The notes under the pieces were generated by a model. It was not told where the DNA came from. It saw only the letters and a list, made by a program, of their open reading frames with translations, and searched no databases. From assembly GCA_965116495.1 (NCBI GenBank), contig OZ220696.1, positions 3,936,001 to 4,000,000 of the forward strand: a stretch of DNA of 64,000 bases, in the 5' to 3' direction. The translations under genes and the position numbers were made by a program. Shown one piece after another: positions 9,715-18,314 of this stretch (position 1 is its first letter; each line of letters begins with the position of its first letter). This DNA comes from Gammaproteobacteria bacterium (GTDB taxonomy: Bacteria > Pseudomonadota > Gammaproteobacteria > Eutrophobiales > Eutrophobiaceae).

Positions 9715-10860
9715 TCAAACAGCGTCCTTCAGACGCCTGGCCAGGTAACGCTGAAAATAAAAGAGGCAGGCTTCCTTGACGCTGAGGGGACCTGCTTCAG
9801 CGTAGCGTGAGCCGATGGTTCTTTGCAGCCGCCAGGTGGCCTGGTAATCCTCCGGGTTGAGCACCTCGAAAAATTCCCTGTTGTAGCGGCTTAACTCGTC
9901 ATTCAGTTCTTCTTCAGGTACCAGGGCGCCCATCATTACGCGGGTACGGTCGATGCTGAGGGGCAGGATCCGTTTCCAGAAGACAATCCCCGGGGATGCA
10001 TCGACGGTGCTTGACGGATAAATTACATAGGTCAGCGTCTCTTCCCTGTCCCGTGGTTCGATGTCTGCGCTCCAGCGCTCCATCAGGTCGGCGTAGATCG
10101 GCGCTTCGGCGCGTACCAGGTCCAGCATCAGTGGGGTACGCAACAGGCTCCAGTCCTGCTCATCCTCGCCGCAGTGCGAGTCGTCGCCAGGCATCCACGG
10201 CTGCAGGGTCTCCGGGTGCAGGGTACGGTGATGGTGCGCCTCGGCGTTGTTTTCCATGGTCAGCTTCCAGTTCCCCTCCCATATTTCGTCGTACATCGAG
10301 GAAATCCGCATCCTGTCGATGTGGTAAGGAGCCAGCCGCTCACCCAGTTCCTGCAACCGCGGCGCCAGGGGTTCTGCGTCGGGGTCGAGATTGACAAAAA
10401 TGAAACCGAGCCAGGTTTCCAGCTTGAATTCCGGCAGTCGGCAGTTGTCCTTATCCAGGATACGGCTTTCACTCATGTTGGTTGCGCCCATCAACCTGCC
10501 GTCAAGCTGGTAGGTCCAGCCGTGGTAGGGGCAGGACAACCGCCCTGCGCTCCCTTGCCCCATGACAACCTGCATATAGCGGTGGCGGCAGACGTTGGAG
10601 AGCACCCGCAGCCTGTTATCGGTCCCGCGTACCACGACCAGCGGTTCGCCGGCCAGTTCGATGGTGAAGTAATCCCCCGGGTTCTCAGCTTCTTCTTCGC
10701 GTCCGACGCAGATCCAGTCGCGGCGGAACAGGTGTTCGAGTTCGAGTTCGTAGAACTCTTCGGACAGGTATGCCTGCGGCGGCAGGCCCCGGGCTTCCTC
10801 AAGGGGAGTGGAGAGCGACTTTATCAGCGTGTCGATTAACACTCGGGTTGCAGCTTGCAT
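9715..10860 (-). CDS. Rieske non-heme iron oxygenase alpha subunit (choline/carnitine/stachydrine oxygenase-like)
   Basis: NVCRH..CPYHGW Rieske motif; NWKLTMENNAEAHHHRTLH and ED mononuclear-iron ligands. Confidence 0.88.
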   Translation of the reverse strand: MQAATRVLIDTLIKSLSTPLEEARGLPPQAYLSEEFYELELEHLFRRDWICVGREEEAENPGDYFTIELAGEPLVVVRGTDNRLRVLSNVCRHRYMQVVMGQGSAGRLSCPYHGWTYQLDGRLMGATNMSESRILDKDNCRLPEFKLETWLGFIFVNLDPDAEPLAPRLQELGERLAPYHIDRMRISSMYDEIWEGNWKLTMENNAEAHHHRTLHPETLQPWMPGDDSHCGEDEQDWSLLRTPLMLDLVRAEAPIYADLMERWSADIEPRDREETLTYVIYPSSTVDASPGIVFWKRILPLSIDRTRVMMGALVPEEELNDELSRYNREFFEVLNPEDYQATWRLQRTIGSRYAEAGPLSVKEACLFYFQRYLARRLKDAV

Positions 10861-10904
10861 TTCAACCAGTATCCCGGTTCAGGACTACACAGTTCCGGAG
10901 CGCC

Positions 10905-11249
10905 TTAACGCCATTCCACCGGTTTATCCGATACCAGCATGGTGATGTCTTCAAAGTCATCGCTCATTTCGAAATCGATAGTAGTCCCTTCTTCAACATA
11001 CAGGATGTCGCCTACGCCTATCGAAAAGTTCTCACCTCCATGGACATTGACTTTGGCGGAACCCTTGAGTACGAAGGCAAATTCGTCAAAGGGGTAGGTA
11101 AAGGTGTGTTTTCCGGCTTCCTTGAAAGCAACGACTGCCCGTGTCTTGTCGGCTGACCGGTAGAAAACATGTTCCCCGCCGCCGAATTCCGGTGTCAGTT
11201 CCCAATCAACGTCTTTCATGTTAAAGCGTAAGGCTTTTGGTGTGTTCAT
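10905..11249 (-). CDS. Cupin (EutQ/DUF861-like)
   Basis: YPFDEFAFVLKG..GDILYVEEG. Confidence 0.8.
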   Translation of the reverse strand: MNTPKALRFNMKDVDWELTPEFGGGEHVFYRSADKTRAVVAFKEAGKHTFTYPFDEFAFVLKGSAKVNVHGGENFSIGVGDILYVEEGTTIDFEMSDDFEDITMLVSDKPVEWR

Positions 11250-11410
11250 GCTTCACTCCCATTTTAACTTGTCTTTTTTTCATCATGCTTCGTTGGGTTT
11301 CCTCATTCGGTCGGTCATGTACATAAGTACACTCCCTCCCTCTCTCGTCGCCCGCCTCGCCTGATGAAAAAAATCCTGCGTTAAAATTCTCAAAATAAAT
11401 CGGTAACAAT

Positions 11411-13369
11411 CTATGTATTTATTATTTCCATAACCTGTAGCGCCGCGCGCTCCCCATGTTCAACTGCGCCAAACCACTCCTGGATGCCCTTGTGTTCCGA
11501 GTGACCAAAGGCAATACGCCCGAATGGCCTGGTAATAACCTGCTGCAGGGCCGGCTTGCCATCGTTACCATGGAATAATCCCGGGACTGCAGCGACATAG
11601 GAGTGGCCCCAGCGGTTCACGATAATGCCGGCGATATCTTTTTCATCATCGAAACCCAGCGGGCCAAACATGGTGGTCAACTGTCGGCGCACCGACGCTT
11701 CGATATCGGCATAGCTTTTTGACATCAGTTCCCATCTTATTGCCGCCGCTTGTTCCTTTGCAGGTAATCCCGGTTTGGTAAACCCGGCATAAAAGGTCAG
11801 GACAACCGGTTTTTCGGGGTTGAGCGGGGGCTGGTTGTCACCAAAAACCAACGGCCGCCTGATATTGCAGAATCCGCCAAGGCCATTGTCCGTGAAGAAA
11901 TGACAGGCACTCACCCCTAATTTTGCCATTGGCTTCCAGTTCCTGAGCGCTACATTGATGATCATGTTGGAACCATAAACCATTTGACCGAAAGCATCTT
12001 CATATGCGCCGGGCAGGTCCTGGATAATATGCTTGTTTACCCAGCCGCCAATAGCAGACACGGCGCCTTTGGCCCTGACACGATAGACTTTGCCATCCTG
12101 TTGATAATAGACCGTAACACTCTCTGCCCTGGCCGGGTCACCATCATGCTCGACACGAACAGCTGTAGCGTTTAAACGGATTCTCACCGGGTTGCCCGGG
12201 TTATCAAAATTATCAAACCGATATGCCGAATCATGAATCTCTGCAAAGCGCGTCCCCCCTGAAATCGCGTTCGGCAACACCTTCTTCAGCATGAGACGAT
12301 AGATCGCATCGTTGCCTCCGGGGAACGAGAAAATGCCGGCAACCTCCTTGTCATCAGAAGGCACCCGGTACAGTGATTTGTCACCGAAGCCTTTATCAAA
12401 CCCCGGTAATGCAGACATCATTGCGTAGCGAGCGGAAATTGCATCGCAACCCATCCCCGAGGTGGTAGAGAGGGTTATGGACAGCAGTTTGATTACACGG
12501 GGTTGAATCTGGAGGACGTCTTCCAGATATTCCCGGTAGGTGATACTGTCCAGCCACTGCGACCAGTCGTCTCCGGCTTTATTGACGCCGGTTCCCTCAC
12601 GCAGGCGCTTCAGGTCCGCTTTCTCAGCCGCTGAAAAAGCCGTGTTTGCATAAGCATTCTGACTTGAATCCCTGTCCCAGTAGGATTCCTCCAGACCGAA
12701 GGTCTCGTCGTCAAAGAAGTAACCCGCGCTAGCCGCCTGTTCGGCAATGCCCAGCATAGGCAGGTAATTTGTCGGAGATAATCTCAGATCACCCTTGTAG
12801 CCTTCCAGGGTCTGGAATTCCGGGTGGCGCGGGATTTCCAAATCATTAAACAACTCGTCATACCAGTCACCCTTGACAGCGGGAACCACGGTAAGGTTCG
12901 ACCCTTGCGGACCGGTGATTTTATAGCCGTCGACGATAAATTCGTTACGCTTTGCTTCGCCGCCCGGAAGGGCGTGGTTTTCCAGGATAAGGCACGTTTG
13001 TCCCGGCCTGGATTCCTTCAGGAATGTGCGGGCGGCCGACAAGCCGGCGAAACCACCGCCGATGATGACAAGATCGTATGCTTCTCCGGTGTCGACCGCA
13101 CCACGCAGTATCCCGTCAATTTGTTTGTCACGTATCAGGTGGGCGGCGCTGGTGGTATTGTCAGTGTTGCCGTTTGCGCGGGCGTAATCGCCGACACCGG
13201 CATAGCCGTCCCAGGGGTGAACCGTTTCCGCGTGATGTTGTGCTGCTGTATCGCCCGGCCTGGCTGTGGCCGTATTGGGCGCCGGCATGCTCAACAGCAT
13301 GGCGCCGGAACCGATCAGCGTTCCTTTGACGAAGTCACGGCGGGTAATATCGCTGTCATATTTCCTCAT
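11411..13369 (-). CDS. Tat-exported FAD-dependent oxidoreductase, spermidine dehydrogenase (SpdH)-like
   Basis: ITRRDFVKG twin-arginine signal, IIGGGFAGL, LENHALPGGEAKRNEF, FPGGN, IVNRWGHSY. Confidence 0.8.
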   Translation of the reverse strand: MRKYDSDITRRDFVKGTLIGSGAMLLSMPAPNTATARPGDTAAQHHAETVHPWDGYAGVGDYARANGNTDNTTSAAHLIRDKQIDGILRGAVDTGEAYDLVIIGGGFAGLSAARTFLKESRPGQTCLILENHALPGGEAKRNEFIVDGYKITGPQGSNLTVVPAVKGDWYDELFNDLEIPRHPEFQTLEGYKGDLRLSPTNYLPMLGIAEQAASAGYFFDDETFGLEESYWDRDSSQNAYANTAFSAAEKADLKRLREGTGVNKAGDDWSQWLDSITYREYLEDVLQIQPRVIKLLSITLSTTSGMGCDAISARYAMMSALPGFDKGFGDKSLYRVPSDDKEVAGIFSFPGGNDAIYRLMLKKVLPNAISGGTRFAEIHDSAYRFDNFDNPGNPVRIRLNATAVRVEHDGDPARAESVTVYYQQDGKVYRVRAKGAVSAIGGWVNKHIIQDLPGAYEDAFGQMVYGSNMIINVALRNWKPMAKLGVSACHFFTDNGLGGFCNIRRPLVFGDNQPPLNPEKPVVLTFYAGFTKPGLPAKEQAAAIRWELMSKSYADIEASVRRQLTTMFGPLGFDDEKDIAGIIVNRWGHSYVAAVPGLFHGNDGKPALQQVITRPFGRIAFGHSEHKGIQEWFGAVEHGERAALQVMEIINT

Positions 13370-13426
13370 CTGCAACCACCTGTATGAACTACTGCATGAT
13401 AATCATTAACTGAAGTAAGCGGCAAT

Positions 13427-13466
13427 AAAAAAAGCCATGACACACTCCTTGTGCCATGGCTTTTTT
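13427..13466 (-). terminator. Intrinsic terminator between the TonB receptor and the SpdH-like gene
   Basis: A7-GCCATG...CATGGC-T6 hairpin, with a U-tract on both strands. Confidence 0.75.
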
Positions 13467-13548
13467 GCTGTGTAACTTCCGGGGGCAGAATTAATCCTGT
13501 CCCCGGCAACGTGCAATATACCAATTCCCGTCTGTCACTGATATGTCA

Positions 13549-15708
13549 TCAGAAGCTATATCCGATGCTTCCACCAACCCAACGTTTAGGGGCAAAAACG
13601 TCCTCTCCGGAACCAAAGAACAGGCTTGCGTCAACCCCGAAGGTTCGATACTCTTCATCGGTCAGGTTATTAACAAAAATGGCCGCGCTCCAGGCCTCAT
13701 CACCGCTCGTGAAATCCAGTCTGGCGTTTACTATGCCATAAGAACTTTCAGTGACAATTTCGGATTCAGATAAATTAAATTTTTGGTCATCAGTCCAACG
13801 AAAATCCCCTTGCAGCGCCAGTTGCCCACCAAAAGCAGACCACGAATAACGCACCAGGCCATTAAAAGTAACGTCAGGCGCTAATGGCGCTTTTTCTTTT
13901 CCGGTTGGGTAAGTTTGGGCAGGAGCGAAAGTGACAGGGTCCAAGGAATTAAAATCGGTAGGCAGGCCGGTTATCTCGGTGTCACTGAAAGATGCCCCCA
14001 GCAGAATATCCAGTCCCTCAACAGGATTCGCGACCAACTCAATCTCACCACCGTAGAATTCTGCTTCTGCATTGAACAGTAGTGCATTAAAGAAAGGATC
14101 GATGTTATAGGCTTGATAATCATCATAGTCATAATAATAAACCGATACATTCAGACGCGTGGTATCGCTTAAACTTGCTTTAAATCCTGCTTCGTACGAG
14201 GTGAGTACTTCACCACTGTAAGGTAAAACATCGCCGCTGACCGGCGTCAGTGGAAAATTAAAACCGCCGGACTTGATGCCCCGGTTCCAACCTGCATACA
14301 ACAACCAGTCATCATTCAGGTTATAGTCAAGCTGTACCTTTGCGTTAAAGTCGTCTTCATTAAGTGAGCCTGTGTAAGTCGGGAACCCGAAGTCAGGCGC
14401 AGTTAACGTATAGTCCTTATCGTCATCGTTGTAGCGCACACCGAGTATCAGGGCAAGTTGATCAGTAAGATCAAATTCTGTTTGCCCGAAAATCGCATAG
14501 GTTGTCGTGCTCTGAACGGCGAACTCATCGAAAATATCAGGACCAAAATAAAACAGCCCGGATTGCTCGGTGGAAAAATCGCCATCAATGTCTAAATAGT
14601 ACACACCAATGACAGAACGATGTCGTTCACCTTCCCAACTCAAACGAAGTTCCTGGGAAATTTGTTCAATATCAGCAGTCTGGGTGTAGTGGTAAACGCT
14701 GTCGGGTGTTGAGTCTGAATCTTCAGCGTAATCATGTTCAATATCCTGGTAATCAGTGATAGAGGTCACTGTAAAGCCACCAAGGTCCCAGCTGATTTTG
14801 CCATACAAATTGATGACTTCAGTCTTTTGATAAAAGTCGAAATCATTGGAAATGGTGTAAGGATTACCGTCTATTTCATCTACATAACCAAAAAAATCAG
14901 TTGCGTTATATGACGGCACATTTAACGTCCACCCATTTGGCGCAGCGTCTTCGTCCGCATATTGCGCTTTCAACAAGATGCTTAGCTCTTCAGAGGGTTC
15001 AATCAACAATTGTCCCCGCACCGCCCAATCATCAGCTTGCTGCGCATCGGTGCCAATGTCATTATCGAGGAGACCATCATCCTCGTTATAGACCATCGAC
15101 AGGCGACCCGAAACCTGGTCGGTCAGACCGCCACCTGCAGCAGCTTCAACCCGTCTACGTCCTTCTTCACCCAGGGTCACATCAACAAACCCCCCAAATT
15201 CCTGTGATGGTTTGGTGGTGATGTAATGTACCAACCCCCCCGTGGAGTTGCGCCCGAACAAGGTGCCCTGGGGGCCGCGTAAAACCTCTGCACGCTCGAC
15301 ATCGAACATGCTGAAGCGCGTAGTGACGTTAGAACTCTGGTAGGCCTCATCTATATATAAGGCAACCGGCGCTTCCTGATTCGCCGTGTAATCGTTTTGA
15401 CCAACACCACGAACGTTAAATGAGGCGATCGCACCGCCGCCATAACCGGATACTTCAAGGCCGGGAGTTTGCGCAATCAAATCATTGGATTCAACGAAAC
15501 CCAGCTTTCTCATTTGCGCACCACTGAAAGCCGTTACCGAAACACCGATGTCCTGCAGGTTCTGTTCACGTTTTTGTGCCGTGACTACGACTTCTTCCAG
15601 TACCGCGGCAAATAAAGTGCCTGATGCAAAAACAAGTACAAAAGCCGCTGAAATACAGGTGAACAAGCTTGACCGTAGAGGGACCAGTAATTCACGAGGA
15701 TTATTCAT
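13549..15708 (-). CDS. TonB-dependent receptor
   Basis: Signal peptide, LEEVVVTAQKR, EVLRGPQGTLFGRN, C-terminal Phe. Start moved to ATG 15708 (RBS GGAGAG). Confidence 0.93.
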   Translation of the reverse strand: MNNPRELLVPLRSSLFTCISAAFVLVFASGTLFAAVLEEVVVTAQKREQNLQDIGVSVTAFSGAQMRKLGFVESNDLIAQTPGLEVSGYGGGAIASFNVRGVGQNDYTANQEAPVALYIDEAYQSSNVTTRFSMFDVERAEVLRGPQGTLFGRNSTGGLVHYITTKPSQEFGGFVDVTLGEEGRRRVEAAAGGGLTDQVSGRLSMVYNEDDGLLDNDIGTDAQQADDWAVRGQLLIEPSEELSILLKAQYADEDAAPNGWTLNVPSYNATDFFGYVDEIDGNPYTISNDFDFYQKTEVINLYGKISWDLGGFTVTSITDYQDIEHDYAEDSDSTPDSVYHYTQTADIEQISQELRLSWEGERHRSVIGVYYLDIDGDFSTEQSGLFYFGPDIFDEFAVQSTTTYAIFGQTEFDLTDQLALILGVRYNDDDKDYTLTAPDFGFPTYTGSLNEDDFNAKVQLDYNLNDDWLLYAGWNRGIKSGGFNFPLTPVSGDVLPYSGEVLTSYEAGFKASLSDTTRLNVSVYYYDYDDYQAYNIDPFFNALLFNAEAEFYGGEIELVANPVEGLDILLGASFSDTEITGLPTDFNSLDPVTFAPAQTYPTGKEKAPLAPDVTFNGLVRYSWSAFGGQLALQGDFRWTDDQKFNLSESEIVTESSYGIVNARLDFTSGDEAWSAAIFVNNLTDEEYRTFGVDASLFFGSGEDVFAPKRWVGGSIGYSF

Positions 15709-15782
15709 TAAATTCTCTCCGGGTGATATGTAAGTTAAAGCCAAAATATTGATATTGCAGTCACTCAACAAAATATTCAGCG

Positions 15783-15926
15783 AGTATAGGCCAGAGTATA
15801 GTTTATTTCAACAATTGTTTAAAATTGATAAGTCATTAATATACAATGTATTAAACAATTTTAAATTAGAATTATCAAAAAACAGGATTTAACGATGGGA
15901 TTAATAATAGGCCAGCGGCTTATAGT
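15783..15926. promoter_or_regulatory. Divergent promoter cassette with paired operators
   Basis: Minus-strand TTGAAA-17-TATACT (15811..15783); TAGGCCA at 15787; TAGGCCAGCGGCTTA at 15908 running into TATAGT; IHF-like TAAGTCATTAATA at 15829. Confidence 0.7.
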
Positions 15927-16020
15927 TTTTACGCGTGAATGTTAAAAGGGAACGCGTAACGCCACATTTGTCGGTAATTTACTTGTCCTGAAGCCATAAA
16001 AAACCACCCGGGATAGCAGG

Positions 16021-18114
16021 ATGAAAACCATTCTCGTAACAATCATCGCATTCATGGTTACATTTCAAAAACCGGCTTTTGCTCTCGATACTGATCTGCC
16101 CGGTTATACCTATGAGCAGGCGCAACTGGGCAGGGCAGTCTATAAACAATCCTGTGAGTTGTGTCACGGGGCAAATTTAAATGATGGTTCGTCACCACCG
16201 ATTACCGGTGACCTTTTCTATAGTATATGGGGTGGACGTTCTGCAGGAGAGTTACTGCAGTATATTGAAACAGAGATGCCGACCGGTTCACCGGGAACAC
16301 TTGACAGTAAACAATACCGGCAAGTTCTGGCTTATATGTTCCAGGTGAGCGGTTTTCCTGCGAGGGATGGTGAACTGTCACAAAATCCGGATGAGTATGA
16401 TACTGCGCGTTTACCGATACCGTCCGGAGGCCGGATTTCTGCAGATATTGTCGCCATACCACCGCCACCCGATCCACGGGCGAACCCGCTTGATAAAATC
16501 ACAAGGGTAAGCAGTCAAACATTGGCGCAAGCGCCCGCCGGGGACTGGTTAATGTGGCGTCGAACATACGACGCAAAGGGCTTCAGTCCATTAAAAAATA
16601 TCAGCGCGAAAAATGTGACGGACCTGAAGGTGGCATGGGCATGGACAATGCCCGATGGCAGGAACATTTCAACACCATTAGTCCATGATGGGGTTATGTT
16701 CATGTATGGTGCGGGCAGCCTCGTGTATGCGTTTGATGCTGTTACGGGGGATATTCTTTGGCGTTATGAGAGGGAGAAGAAGTGGCACTCTCCACGTTCT
16801 TTTGGTCCGCGCGCCATATCAATTTATAACGACAAAATCATTCTGACCACCGATGACGGAAATATCGTCGCACTCAACGTAAAGACCGGCAAAGTCGAAT
16901 GGGATAAATCCGTATTAAGTGCTACCACCCTTTGGTTTTCCGCGGGTACCCTGGTTGCCGATGAAAAAATTCTCATCGGCACGGCTACTGCCAGCGCACC
17001 CGGCATGAACTTTATCGCAGCGTTTGATGTACATACCGGTGATGAATTATGGCGCTTCCATACCATCCCACAGGATGGACAGCAGGGTAGTGATAGCTGG
17101 AATGGGGTTGCAACAGGGCAACGCCAGGGTGCGGGCGTCTGGGTACCAGGTAGCTATGATCCGGAATCAAATCTGGTTTTCTTTGGTACCGGTAATACTT
17201 ACAGGCCACAACTTTTGAGAATATTGGCCGAAGGCGCCGCAAGCAATGATGGGCTTTACACCAATTCCACACTCGCGCTTGATATAGATAGCGGAAAACT
17301 GAAATGGCATTTCCAACATCTACCGAATGATCAATGGAATTATGATTGGGCCTTTGAACGAACAGTTGTGGTCTTACCTGTCAACGGAGTTCACAAAAAA
17401 GTGGTCATTACAGGCGGTAAGCAAGCCATTTTTGAAGCCTTGCAGGTTAGTAATGGTGAGTATCATTTCTCGATAGATACAGGTTTGCAAACTGTGATCA
17501 AGGCAATAGAGCCACTGACGGGCACTAAAAGAATAGCTGCGAATGTATTACCTGAAAAAAATCAAACGCGTTTTGTCTGCCCCGATTCCCTGGGGGCCAG
17601 GAACTGGCAGCCAACATCATTCAACAGTGAAACAAATACACTCTTCACGCCATATAGAGAGTCGTGCATGAAAATACGATCGCCATTATTACCCGGTGAT
17701 ACTCCGCACGGACTTTTTGGCCAGAAACCTTATCCGGCACCGGGTAGCGACGGTAACTTTGCCGGCCTGCGGGCTATAAACCTGGAAAGCCAGGAAATAT
17801 TGTGGTCAACCCGTAAACGGGCAGAGCTGAGTACCGGCGTATTGGCGACCGCGGGAGGGTTGATATTCTCGGGTTCGCGGGACCGGGTATTTTCTGCCTA
17901 TGATCAATCTGGTGGTACAGAATTATGGCAAGTTCGTCTCAATGGAGTTCCCAGCGGTGGCCCCATCAGTTTTATGGTAGAAGGTAAACAGTACATCGCG
18001 GTTACTACCGGTGACTCTGAAGGTTTCGGTGAATACAATTTGGGTGAAGGAGATCAAAATCCAAAAAAGAGCAGTGCAACTATTTGGGTATTTGAGTTAC
18101 GTGATTCCAGTTAG
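16021..18114 (+). CDS. Periplasmic PQQ-type beta-propeller dehydrogenase with N-terminal c-type cytochrome
   Basis: Sec signal, CELCH heme motif, WLMWRRTY..FSPL, STPLVHDG, YDPESNLVFFGTGN, GGPISFMVEGKQYIAV. Confidence 0.88.
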   Translation: MKTILVTIIAFMVTFQKPAFALDTDLPGYTYEQAQLGRAVYKQSCELCHGANLNDGSSPPITGDLFYSIWGGRSAGELLQYIETEMPTGSPGTLDSKQYRQVLAYMFQVSGFPARDGELSQNPDEYDTARLPIPSGGRISADIVAIPPPPDPRANPLDKITRVSSQTLAQAPAGDWLMWRRTYDAKGFSPLKNISAKNVTDLKVAWAWTMPDGRNISTPLVHDGVMFMYGAGSLVYAFDAVTGDILWRYEREKKWHSPRSFGPRAISIYNDKIILTTDDGNIVALNVKTGKVEWDKSVLSATTLWFSAGTLVADEKILIGTATASAPGMNFIAAFDVHTGDELWRFHTIPQDGQQGSDSWNGVATGQRQGAGVWVPGSYDPESNLVFFGTGNTYRPQLLRILAEGAASNDGLYTNSTLALDIDSGKLKWHFQHLPNDQWNYDWAFERTVVVLPVNGVHKKVVITGGKQAIFEALQVSNGEYHFSIDTGLQTVIKAIEPLTGTKRIAANVLPEKNQTRFVCPDSLGARNWQPTSFNSETNTLFTPYRESCMKIRSPLLPGDTPHGLFGQKPYPAPGSDGNFAGLRAINLESQEILWSTRKRAELSTGVLATAGGLIFSGSRDRVFSAYDQSGGTELWQVRLNGVPSGGPISFMVEGKQYIAVTTGDSEGFGEYNLGEGDQNPKKSSATIWVFELRDSS

Positions 18115-18141
18115 GAAATGATCTGTACAACTGTGTTAGTA

Positions 18142-18287
18142 AATATTAGGCCAACACATAGTATTTTACGAAAAAATTTACTAATTATATAACTATATGA
18201 TAAACATATAATAAATAAAAATATTAATAAGATTATATAACTCATAATATTAATATTTTGACTAATAATAGGCCATTATATTATAAT
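18142..18287. promoter_or_regulatory. Promoter cassette with paired operators
   Basis: TAGGCCA at 18147 and 18269; plus-strand TTGACT-18-TATAAT (18258..18287); IHF-like TAACTATATGATA at 18190. Confidence 0.7.
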
Positions 18288-18314
18288 AAGAACTTGTTGA
18301 ACAGGAGAAAGCCA

